From contig NC_083278.1 of NCBI RefSeq assembly GCF_963506605.1, positions 120,280,001 through 120,344,000 of the forward strand: a stretch of DNA of 64,000 bases, written 5' to 3'. Positions 46,781 through 58,129 of this stretch are shown here, in pieces. Made by a program: the position numbers and the translations under genes. Below the pieces are notes generated by a model. The model was not told the origin of the DNA, did not search any database, and saw nothing but the letters and a program-made list of their open reading frames with translations. The stretch is from Zootoca vivipara (Eukaryota). Numbering within the stretch: position 1 is the stretch's first letter; each line of letters starts with the position of its first letter.

Positions 46781-48122
46781 CGGGACATGGACGGATTGCC
46801 GATGGAGCGGGCGGCGGCGGCCCCCGAAGGACCCTCCTGGGACGGGGCGGAGGACTGAGCAGGACTCGCGGGCGGCTCCCCCCGCGGGGAAGCGGGCTGG
46901 ATTCTCGGCGCTTCTGCAGCTGAGCTCAGAGTCCTTCGCCCGCCCCAAGGCTGCGTGCAGGATCCTCTGGACGTTTGTCCTGAACTCCAAGGCACTTGCG
47001 CGCCCCGCCGCCCCGCTCCCCGCTTTGCCTTCTCGCCCCCCCGTTACCCCTCCAGGCTCCGGGCTGCCTGACCCAATAAAACCACAGAATGAATGGATTC
47101 TAGAGTTGGAAGGGACCCCAAGGGTCATCTAGTCCAACCCCTGCTATGCAGGAATCACAGTTAAAGAATCACTGACAAGTGACTCGGAGAATCATAGAAC
47201 TAAATAGTTGCAAGGGACCCCGAGGGTCATCTAGCCCAACCCCGTCCAATGCAGGAAGGTGAGGACTGGGTGGAGTTCGGGCTGGGCTGGAAGCATCTGT
47301 GTCCAGAAAGGGGAGCAGAAACAAGGCCGCGGGGTCTGTTTCTAGTAAGGGTAAGAAAGTTGAAACTGCAGGCGACACACTGAACCTTCAGACACCACGA
47401 AGTCGTAGGCTGTTTCCCTAAGGGATCTGATCATCTGGCAGTGTGTTGGGGAACGCACGAGGATGGGGGGGAGTAGCACCTAGCAGTCGGCGCGTTCAAG
47501 GGAGGGTTCCGGGGAATTTGTTCCCAGCTGGTCACTTGAAGGGGGTTTGTGGCCGCGATGCAATATCTAATTTACTTTAGTTATTAATTATTATTAACAA
47601 CAACAACAACAACAACAACAGCATAGCTGAAGAGGAGGAACATTTTGTCCCACCTCCGCGTTCCTTCACTACCGGTAGGTGCAATTAGGAGGGTGAGATT
47701 CTGAAGTGTTGCTTCAGGCTCAAGAGACCAGGAGATCCAGACCTGGGCTGCGGGGAACCCCAACGTGAGACTGTCAAAACTGGAGTCAAGGCCAGAGGGG
47801 CAAATCCCCACAGGGGAGAGCCAGGAAGCAGAGGCCAGCAGCCGAGCTGACCCAACACACTGGCCCTCCGGCCGCTGTCACGGTGGAGTGGGGAGTGGGA
47901 AATTTGGCGGTGGGAGGGGGGCAAGATTAGCGCTGGCTGCGAAGGAAGCTGTGCTTTGGGAGAACCTCGTCTTCCCACTCAGGCGAAATCTCCCCACAGG
48001 GCACAGACTGCCTTCCATGTGCACCGGGGAGAGACATGGCCACATGCTAAGGAACAGGGGTTGCGAGGGGTTGGACTAGATGATCCTCTGAGTGCCCCGC
48101 AACTCTACAATTCGAAGATTCT

Positions 48123-48459
48123 TGTTGTTTAGTCGTTTAGTCGTGTCCGACTCTTCGTGACCCCATGGACCATAGCACGCCAGGCACTCCTGTCTTGCAC
48201 TGCCTCCCGCAGTTTGGTCAAACTCATGTTCGTAGCTTCGAGAACACTGTCCAACCATCTTGTCCTCTGTCGTCCCCTTCTCCTAGTGCCCTCAATCTTT
48301 CCCAACATCAGGGTCTTTTCCAAGGATTCTTCTCTTCTCATGAGGTGGCCAAAGTATTGGAGCCTCAGCTTCAGGATCTGTCCTTCCAGTGAGCACTCAG
48401 GGCTGATTTCCTCAAGAATGGATAGGTTTGATCTTCTTGCAGTCCATGGGTCTCTCAAG
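48123..48459 (-). mobile_element. Bov-B (RTE) LINE 3' fragment
   Basis: WTARRSNLSILEEISPECSLEGQILKLRLQYFGHLMRR..LEKTLMLGKIEG..RRGRQRTRWLD; (CAA)n tail; TSD agattct. Confidence 0.92.
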
Positions 48460-49299
48460 AGATTCTAAGCACGCCGAATTCGGTCGGGAGCAGCCGCTGT
48501 CCGTGGTGCTGAACAAGCGCGACCGCTCTCCCTGTCTCTGTCCAGCCTCCGGGTCTGGAGACGCGCCTCGCTCCCCAAGAGCGCAGCCCCCCGCGATTGT
48601 CCTCTCCTATCCCGACTCCTTCTTTCTGGGATGTTGCCCAAACTGGCGCCCGCGAACCCTTCCGCCCAGTGGTAGGAGGGCAGGTGGGGGGAAGGCTGCG
48701 CTCGTACTCCCCAACCATCATTCCTCTAGCCAGTGACTAAGGTCTCCCTCGATGCCAGGGGCTGGGTTAAGGGAGGGGGTCAGGGAGGGGTCTGCTGCTC
48801 GCTTCCCGATCTCCACAGCGGAAGGAGTGCTCATAGTGGCTGGGAAAGGTCTCGGGCTCAAGGAGGGGGGGGGAAGCAGATGCTCGGAGTGCAGAAGGTC
48901 CCAGGTTCAATCTTTGCGTCCCCAGGTAAGGTTGGTAGACTCCAGGGAGACCTTGGAGAGCCTCTGCCTGTGGAAGCGGACTGTCTGGGGACAGAGGGGT
49001 CGCTCCGAAATGCTTTGACATGCCCTTTCCCTCTCCTCACATACAATTACGTATCGGATTGAAAAACAGATAGTATGGTCCAGCAGGAAGCCTTACTGAG
49101 AGAGTCCACAATCCTACAATTCTCCTCCATGACTTCCTTATGCAGAGCTCTCTGGTCAGGATCCAGGAACGCCCACTCCTGCTCTGTAAAATACACAGCG
49201 ACATCTTCAAAGCACAGAGGACCCTGAAGGAAAAAGAAAAACGTCCTCTTCTGAGACAGCCTAAAGATTATCTATACATTGCTTGGTTGTTTTCTGTCT

Positions 49300-50105
49300 G
49301 TTGATTGTTGTGGCGGGGAGGCCTTCCGTGGGGGCCTTTTCAGGCCGGCCCCCCCCGGCCCGTTTTAAAGGCGCGACAGCCGCGGACGCCTCTCCGTTCC
49401 ACGGCAGCACCCTGACCAGGAGCGCGGGGGTTCCTTGGCCTACGATCCGCTGGAGTCCGGTCCCATGGCCCGCCCGCCGGCCGGCCACCGTTGCATGCCA
49501 GCCGGGAACCCAGGGACCTCGCCCTGCGCCGGCCCCCGTGACCAAGGCTCCGTCTCCGAGGCTCTCCGCTCGCGTCATTGTGGCCAAGTGGCGTCTCCCG
49601 GTGCAGCCGTCACTGCGGGGCTTTCTCGGGGGCGGGGGGGGCACCTTCCCAAGATGCTGTGCGGCGGCGGCGCTGGAGCTGCGGGGAGGCTCTGTTGAGC
49701 GCCGAGCAGACCGAGGCCGGTAAGGCGGTGGCGCTGCTGGCGACCCCGGAGTCCTGCCGGTTCCGAGGACCAAAGGCCCGGAGGAAGTCTGACCTGCCAG
49801 GCGCAGTCCCCTCCTTCCCGGAAGACCTTGGCACGGCCGCCGCCGCCCTAGCCGAGCGGTTTGGCGCAACGGATGCGCGGGGCGCTCCGGTTCTGCTTGC
49901 ACTCTCTGCCTTCCACCCGCAGGTCGCTCGGAGCCTGAGTGGATGGGGACCGGCGAACTGCAGGCGATGAGCCGACTCCTATGAGGGCGCTGGCGGGGAT
50001 GGGGAGGAGCCGGGCCTCGGGGCGCCCCTCTGCCGCCCGGACAGCCCGCGGGCCTGAGTCTCTGGGGCAGCAGCAGCGTCGCCCGGCGGCGGCAGCAGCA
50101 GCAGC
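49300..50105 (+). promoter_or_regulatory. CpG-island promoter and 5' leader of the RNF19-like gene
   Basis: CpG-dense region extending through exon 1 to about 51050. Confidence 0.65.
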
Positions 50106-53100
50106 ATGAAGCGGCCGCTGGCGGAGCCTCCCTCCCGGGGCGCCTCGGGCCTCTTCGGAAGGCAGCCCGCAGCAGCGCCGGAGCCGGAGGACGCGCTGAG
50201 CCGTGCCGAGGAGGCGTCCGCGGGGACCCCGTCCATCCCAGCGCCGACTGCGGAGGACGAGGCGTCGGGGGGCTTGCGAGAATGCCCTTTGTGCCTGCTG
50301 CCCCAGCCCGCGGCGGCCTTCCCGGAGCTCTCGTCGTGCGCGCACCTGTCCTGCCTCACCTGTCTGCAGCAGTACCTGCGCATCGAGATCAGCGAGAGCC
50401 GCGTGCAGGTGGCCTGTCCGCACTGCCCAGCCCCGCTCCAGCCGGCAGAGGTGCACCAGCTGCTGCGCCCGGAGCCCGCCTTGCGCGACAAGTACGAGGA
50501 GTACCTGCTCCGCCGCCTGCTTGTCGCCGACCCGGGAACGCGCTGGTGCCCAGCCCCGGATTGCAGGTGCGCTAGGCCGGCGCGGGGGGTGAGTGGGATA
50601 AAGGCCCGGTTGCTCCAGGAAAGGACCCGCTTTGCGCGCCCAAGGGCCCGGTGGCCAATGCCCGACGGCCCTGGAAGAGACCCTCCCCTGCATGACCCCC
50701 TGGAGAGAGGGAGGGAGTGAGGGAGGGGGTGGGGTGGGGCCACCCAGAGCTGCCTCGCAAGAAGGCGGCTTCGGAGGAGGTTGCTTTGTGACCGGTTGTG
50801 CGCTTGCCTCCCACCAGAGGGCGTTCAAGGCCGGCTCGGCTGGTTCTTCTCAGGAAGACCCTCAGAAAGAGCACAGTCCAATCCTTGACCCCTGGATGCC
50901 GGGAAGGCGCCCCTGCAGAGCTCAAGGCACCTGCGGGCCGTCTGTCCAGCCTGTTGCGCACAGCCCGCCCGCCCGCGGCCCCCAAGTCCGCTCACTTTGT
51001 TTCCCCGCCTGACGATGCTGCGACCCCCCCCCCCCCGCAAGGGCGGGCACCGGGCAGGACTTGGTTAGGGAAATCAGAACTTTTTTTTAGAGTGGGGCAG
51101 AACAAACGTGATTGTTTAGTTAAGTATTTCTCTTGTTTCACTTGATCTGGGGGGGGGAGCTGCCCCCCCTGGCTACGCCCATGCCCAAGCCTCCCTCAGC
51201 ACCTTTGGGCCCGGGGGTGGGGTGAGGAGGAGCTGTGCTTCCTGCTTTGCCTTGCAGAGAACTTGCAAGCCGGGAGGAGAAAGGGTTGGCTGGGGGGAGG
51301 CCGCTGGGGGCTCTGACTCCGCCCAAAGGCATCTCAGTCTGTTCCCAAGCTGGAACTGCGAAGCTGAAAACAGAAATAAAAAAATTCCTTCAGTAGCACC
51401 TTAAAGACCAACTAAGTTTTTATTATGGTATGAGCTTTCGTGTGCATGCATACTTCTTCAGATACACTGAAACAGAAGCGTCAGAATTTTTTTTTTATTT
51501 TTGCTTCGACTCAGACCAACACGGCTACCTACCTGTAACTAGAACTGAAAACAGAAGTTATCCCCCTCCCTCCCCGCGCAACACATCACACATTTCCCGT
51601 CAATTAAGGTGAAACACGTGTACTGTAATTCTGAATTGGATTGTGGAAGTAAGATTCTAAAGGTCTCGGGAAGGAAGACCTGTCCAGGCACATTAGAAGC
51701 GCAGCTGGCCGGGAGGCGCCCCTCGCCTCAGAGAGTCGAGCAGGAGCCTCTGGTGCCTGGAGGCCATAGACCAGAGTTTGGTTATTCCCGGCTGCAGAAT
51801 CGGGGCCCCAGACGGCAGCAGACAGTGGCTCCGGCCAGCCGTCTCACGAGGCCTTCCTTAGGGGGCGGGAGTGGAGAGTGGAGCTCACTGCTTCCCCCTC
51901 CTCTGCCATGTCAGGAAAGGACCACCATCTGGTTACGTGAGAGCCCGGTATCAGTAAAGGAGGGGGCAATGTCCCACTGGGCGGGGAGGACCAGGAAGGG
52001 CCAGGACAGCCTAACATTCTGATCCCCCTTTTCCTCCCGCTTCCAGAAGTGGCGGACTTGGGGGGGCGGGTTTATCGTGCTTACCCCTTTCTTCTAAAAG
52101 CGCCTCTGCTTGCAGCTACGCGGTCATCGCCTACGGCTGCGCCGAGTGCCCGCGCCTGGTCTGCGCCCGCCCGGACTGCCGCACCGAGTTCTGCTTCCAC
52201 TGCCGGCAGCCCTGGCACCCCGACGCCTCGTGCGAGCAGGCCTGGCGAGAATGGAGCCAGCAAGCGCCCCTGGGCGCCATGGAGCTCTCCCTGCAACTGA
52301 TCCGGAAGGAGGAAGCCGGGGCGGCGGCGCCAGGGGCTGCGCAGGGTGAGTGAAGCCCCCTTCCCGAGGGACGAGGGGGCGACGGCAGTGGGAAGGGCAG
52401 GGGGCTTTAGGGGGCCCTTTCCCCGCCTAAACGCCCCTCTCTCTCCTCTCGGCCCCCGGGCCTGAGAAGGTCTCGGCCCCGACCTGCCGCCTCTCTCCCC
52501 GCAGACAAGGACGCCATCAAGGTCTGCCCGCGCTGCGGGGCGCTCATCATGAAGGTCAACGACGGCAGCTGCAATCGCATGAACTGCACCATCTGCGGCT
52601 GCCTCTTCTGCTGGCTCTGCCTGCGCGAGATCACCGACGTCCACTTCCTCAGGTGCGACCTGGGGGGCGGAAAGAGGCGGGGGGCGGGCGGGCGGCCCAA
52701 GGAAAGGGCAGCAGGACAGGCTTGGCTCTTCCCAGCCTGCAGAAGTCGACTAAGGCGGCCGTCCTCCTTGTCCCGCTTGCCCGGAGGAAGCCCCGTCGAA
52801 GCAGACGCAAAAGGGAGGAAGGGAGCTCCGCTGGATTTGCACTCGCCCCTCATGGCGTTTATTGTGAAGCGGTTTGGTTCTGCTGGCTACCTGACCTGGG
52901 CAAAGACCGGCTCCCTCGGCCTGAAAGCGGAAATGAGCGCCGCACCCCAGAGTCGAATTGGACTGGACTTAACCGTCCAGGGGTCCTTTACCTTTTTATC
53001 CTTTTCTATACAGTGAAATAGTCCATCCCTCTCTCCTGCTAAAATGACAGGACGGAATGCAACCTAAACCCAAAGAAAATAATCAGCTCGGTGGACAACA

Positions 53101-55677
53101 GTTTCCCAATTCATAGAATGGTAGAGTTGGAAGAGACCACAAGGGCCATCCAGTCCAACCCCCTGCCAAGCAGGAAACACCATCAAAGCATTCTTGACAT
53201 ATGCCTGTCAAGCCTCCAAAGAAGGAGACTCCACCACACTCCTTGGCAGCAAATCCCACTGCCAAACAGCTCTTACTGTCAGGAAGTTCTTCCTAATGTT
53301 TAGGTGGAATCTTCTTTCTTGTAGTTTGAGCAAGGATCTTGTAATTGAGCAGGGATGCTTTGGATGCGACGCCTGCGTTGCAGCGGGTTGGACTGGATGA
53401 CCCCTGGGAAACCCTTTAGAATTCTACAGTTCCGTGATTCTATGAAATGCAGCCAAGGTTGACCACGAAGCAAAGTCCCGCCGGAGCAAAAGATGTTCTG
53501 GAGGGGCGGGAGGATTATCAGGAGGGAGGGAGGCGAAAACGTGGCAGGTGGATGGGCGCCTCGGCCTGTCAATCACATGGCAGTTATTAGGATGTCACGT
53601 GAGGGGCAGGTGAGTTGGGCTGCCCCACCTGTCAAATATCCTTTCCCCTCCAATCTTAAAAGGGACTGGGAGAGGTATGCAAAATCCATAGACTCATAGA
53701 AGTGTCGAGTTGGACGGAGCCCCCAAAAGCGAAATGGGGAGCTGGTGGTGGGGCTCCCCAAGAGGAGGCGCTCTGGTGCTCCTGTGGATGCTCTTCGACA
53801 CCCCCCTTGCTGACTCCCCCCCTTGTCGTCTCCTCAGTCCTTCCGGATGCACCTTTTGGGGGAAGAAGCGCTGGTCGCGCACGCGGAAGGTCCTGTGGCA
53901 GCTGGGGATGGTGCTGGGCGCCCCGATGGTGATCTCGCTGGTGGCGGGGATCGCCGTGCCCGTCATCACGCTGGGCATCCCCATCTACATGGGCAAGAAG
54001 GTAAGGAGGCCGCGGCTGCCCGGCCGTCCTGCTGCGCCCAGCCTGAAGGGGCCCAGAGGGAGGAGACCCACTGCCGCCTCCTTCTCCGCTCCCCGCCAGG
54101 TGCTGAGCCATGGACGCAAGAGCAAGCTTTCCGGCTGCCAGCAGTGCCTGTCGGTCGTGAGCAGCATCCTGCTCTCCCTCTTCGTGTCGCCCGTCATCAC
54201 CGCCGTCACTGTGGGTAAGGGCCACCAGGGGGTGCCTACCCGGCCGCGGCAGAGGGCACTGCTGCTGAGTGGCTAGAGCACCTGCCTCGCAACCAGGAGG
54301 TCCCGGAGGGTTCAGTCTCCAGGAAGGGCTGAGAATCCCCCACCCTAAACCCTGGAGAGCAGTTGCTGCTGCCAGTCAGTGTACACGGTATGGAGCTATT
54401 GAATGCAACTGCTCCTCTTCTTGTTGGACCCATCAGGACTAGAATCTTAATTCATTTTCATAGAAGAGCTGTATCTCCGCGGTGGAGCATCTGCCTTGCA
54501 TGCAAACGGTCCCGGGTTCACTCCCCGCGGGCATCTCCAGGAAGGGCTGGGAGAGACTCCTTGCGGCTTTCTCTGGTCCTGGATCGGCTGCTCCTCGGCC
54601 GCACCTCACACCAGCCTCTCTGCCCGCAGGCGTCGGGGTGCCCCTGATGCTCACCTACGTCTACGGGGTGGTGGTACTCTCGCTGTGCCGGAACCGCTGG
54701 GGCTGCGGAGGCGCACGCAGGAAGGCCGGGGAGCTCAGGGCCGTGGAGCTGGAGAACCTCGCCAAACGTACGTGAGTCCTGGGCCGCAGGAGCAGCGGGA
54801 GGGGGCGGCCTGGCCCGGAATCCCCTCTCCCTCAGCCAAGGCTCCGTCCCAACCGGGTGGGCGGAGAGCTCTCAACCGGTAGGGGGGCTGCAGTATGGAA
54901 GGGGCTTTTGTGGCAGAGACCCTCTGCCGGTCATCCTTGAAGCCTTGAGTCCTCTCTGCCCTCTCCGGTGCCAAGCGGACTAGGAACATGTTCATTTGGT
55001 TGTGCATTTATCTTCTGCTTTTTGCTGTAGTATCATTATGAAAGCCAGCCGGAGAACTTTTGATTTAAGGTGCCATATCACCTCTGAGCAAATCCTCTCT
55101 CCTCCTTCCTCTGCCTGTTGCAGTGAACGAGCTGCTGGCTGCGCTCCCCGCGCCGATGGGGGCTGAGGGAGGGGGGTCTTCTGCCGCCGCCGCCGCCGCT
55201 GCCGCCGCCATAGCTGCGCCCTTCCTGCCCAGCCGGAGCAGCGGGCAGCTGGAGGAGTCCTGCTCGAAGGGCCCGGAGAGCCCGTGGAACGAAGAAGCAG
55301 CCCAGGCCGCTTCCCGCAGGTCAGTCCAGTGGGCGGGGGCAGTGCGGTCTAGTGGTTAGAGTGCCGGGCCCAAGCTACCTCGCAGTGTTGTTCTGAATAT
55401 ACAATGGGGTGGGGAGAACCATCTAAGCCACGTGGAGCGCCTTAGAGGAAAAACGTGGGATAGAAATGTAATTATTATAAAATTATGCCCCCGGCCTTTT
55501 TTATGCTCTGTCCCGCGCAGGGACGGGCAGAACAGGATGGAGGTGGAGGTGGAGGTGGAGCCTCCGGCCGCCCACGAACACAGCCTCTGCAGCGCGGCGT
55601 CGGGCCAAAGCTTCTCCACAGATTCGCTCACCTACACCAGCGACGGCTGCAGTTTGGCCGGAGTGAGGACGGAGTGA
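50106..55677 (+). CDS. RNF19-family RBR (RING1-IBR-RING2) transmembrane E3 ubiquitin ligase, about 535 aa
   Basis: Exons 50106-50566, 52116-52345, 52505-52652, 53838-54000, 54100-54214, 54630-54767, 55124-55319, 55521-55677; 1608 nt, open frame, all GT-AG. RING1 [31 protein letters not shown]; [29 protein letters not shown]; RING2 [26 protein letters not shown]; [11 protein letters not shown] followed by hydrophobic segments. Confidence 0.92.
51386..51540. mobile_element. Penelope-like terminal fragment
   Basis: ttccttcagtagcaccttaaagaccaactaag...agaccaacacggctacctacctgtaact; same family as 26792. Confidence 0.7.
51428..51465 (-). ncRNA. Minimal type I hammerhead ribozyme motif
   Basis: Minus strand reads GUAU-CUGAAGA-A-GUAUGC-AU-GCACAC-GAAA-GC-UC-AUAC: conserved core boxes, stem I GUAU/AUAC, stem II, minimal palindromic stem III. 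Confidence 0.6.
52850..52997 (+). mobile_element. Sauria SINE 3' fragment
   Basis: ggctccctcggcctgaaagcggaaatgagcgccgcaccccagagtc...cctttaccttt. Confidence 0.7.
53111..53328 (-). mobile_element. Young CR1 3' fragment
   Basis: Same family tail, with a small internal deletion. Confidence 0.85.
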
Positions 55678-55854
55678 TGCTGCTTCGCCGCCTGCCTCCT
55701 GCTGCAAAGATGGACTCGCCCGCCGCCTCCACTGGACTGGCCAGCGCAGATGCCCCCCATCCACCCGACACCCCCCTGCCTGCACACCTTCTGCACTCGA
55801 GCCCCACCCTCACCCGTCAACAATTCCAGGCTCTGGACTTTGGTGCTTTGAGGC

Positions 55855-55860
55855 AATAAA
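55855..55860 (+). terminator. AATAAA poly(A) signal of the RNF19-like gene
   Basis: Canonical hexamer about 180 nt after the stop codon. Confidence 0.8.
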
Positions 55861-56453
55861 TTTGCAGCTCACAGAGAAGCCGGCCTCATCTTTCCTCCCC
55901 AACGGGTGAGGGCCCAGCGCGCCGCCTCCCCTCTCCAGGGACCAGGAAGAAGCCTGCACCCCCCTCCCCTCGAGGACCCTGCAGAGCACAGCTTGGGGGG
56001 AGGGCTGGTCAGTCAGGGTGGAGAGGACCGAGTAGCGGGGGGGGGGACAGTAGCTGTTGTTTGAGTCATGAAAAGGGACCTTTGGAGGAGGAGGAGGATG
56101 GTGGTACTAATACCTAATACCCCACCCATCTAGCTGGGTTTCTCCAGCCATATATTGAGCTAGTAAGAGGATTTGGAACTGACTGTGCAGGAGGAATAGG
56201 ATTGTAGAGTTGGAAGCGATCCCAACCCCCTGCGAGGCAGGGATAATTCAGAGGAGACTGGGCAGTGTGTTGTGGGCAAAGAGCAGAACCCCTGCCAGAG
56301 AGAAGAGTAGGAGCCTTTGAAAGAGGATTAGACCAATTCATGGAGGAGGGAAAGGCTCTCCATGGCTCCTAGCCAGGGTGGCTCTGCTCTGCTCTACCTC
56401 ACAGTTGGAGGCAGTGATACTTTGGAATCTGTTTTTGGAAACCACAGGAGGGG

Positions 56454-57167
56454 TCATAGAATCAAAGAATCATAGAGTTGGAAGAGACCACAAGGGCCAT
56501 CCAGTCCAACCCCCTGCCAAGCAGGAAACACCATCAAAGCATTCTTGACACATGCCTGTCAAGCCTCTGCTTAAAGACCTCCAAAGAAGGAGACTCCACC
56601 ACACTCCTTGGCAGCAAATTCCACTGCCGAACAGCTCTTACTGTCAGGAAGTTCTTCCTAATGTTTAGGTGGAATCTTCTTTCTTGTAGTTGGAATCCAT
56701 TGCTCCGTGTCCGCTTCTCTGGAGCAGCAGAAAACAATCTTTCTCCCTCCTCCATATGACATCCTTTCATATATTTGAACATGGCTATCATATCACCCCT
56801 TAACCTTCTCTTCTCCAGGCTAAACATACCCAGCTCCCTAAGCCGTTCCTCATAAGGCATCGTTTCCAGGCCTTTGACCATTTTGGTTGCCCTCCTCTGG
56901 ACATGTTCTAGCTTGTCAGTATCCTTCTTGAACTGTGGTGCCCAGAACTGGACACAGTACTCCAGGTGAGGTCTGACCAGAGCAGAATACAGTGGTACTA
57001 TTACTTCCCTAGATCTAGATGCTATACTCCTATTGATGCAGCCCAGAATTGCATTGGCTTTTTTAGCTGCTGCATCACACTGCTGACTCAAGTCAAGTTT
57101 GTGGTCTACCAAGACTCCTAGGTCCTTTTCACATGTACTGCTCTCAAGCCAGGTGTCACCCATCCTG
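56454..57167 (-). mobile_element. Young CR1 LINE 3' fragment with an open ORF2 C-terminus
   Basis: About 210 uninterrupted codons of CR1 ORF2 ([23 protein letters not shown]...VFKQRLDRH). Confidence 0.92.
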
Positions 57168-58129
57168 TCACAGCTCTGGTGCTCAGATCCCGCTTGCTGG
57201 TTTCCTGAGAGGCCCCTGGTTGGCCTCTGAGAACAGGAGGCTGCACTCAACGGGTCTCTGCCTTGATGCAGAAGTGCTTGTCTTTCTATGTTTACATGGC
57301 CCAGCTGTGTTCTTGGTGGCCAGACCAGTCTCTCTCTTTCGTCAGGTGAACGAAGGGGCCATGTGGGCTCGAACTGGGCCTGTGGAACTGGCATAGGAAG
57401 CTGCCCAATTCCAAGCCAGACCATTGGTCCCTCCTACTTGGTACTGTCTACACCAGCTGGCAGCAGCTCTCCAGAATTAGAGACTTCCTAGGATATTTCT
57501 GGAGACGCCAGCAGGGATTGAACCCGGGACCTCCAGCATCAAAGGCAAATGCTCTGCCACTGAGCCGCAGCCCTCCTGTCTAAGCAGCCAGGGAGCAGTG
57601 GGGCAGCCCTGTTTCCTGATGCAGTGCTCAGTACAAAGGAGAGGTCAGCTGGTTCATCATCCAGAGGCAGGGTGAATGGGGGCTGCAGGACAGCCTTCAC
57701 GCCAGGCCAGAGATCTGGGCAGCTTGGGGGAACAGATCCACACACCCCTCCTTCATCCCTGTTGGGCTGGGCCAGACAGGCACCTCAAAAGCTCCGGATG
57801 TACCTGTGAAAGGACCGGGCCCTGGAGGGGGAGGGGGAGAGGATAAAGCCTTCTTGCTACCTCAGTCACAGCCCCCAGCCATCTCTCTGTCCCTGGTGAG
57901 AGCCGAGTGCCCCCCTTGGTTGAATGGCCACCAGGCAAGCGAGAGCAGCATCTGGGAGCCCCCTTTTGCAAGCAGAGACCTCCAGTAGAGGTTGGGTGAC
58001 CATCCATCAGCTGCAGGGAGTTGGACTATATCACCCTGGGGGTCTGTTCTACCTCTAAAATTCAATGATTACAAGCTGTTTCACAGTGGGGGAAGGAGAG
58101 AAGTGCCTGAAATGAACCAAGCCCTGTTA

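Noticed and set aside
56534-57424. 296-aa ORF as a host gene or autonomous retroelement
   Set aside because: 5'-truncated CR1 ORF2 C-terminus fused by chance to flanking sequence; no RT core or endonuclease.
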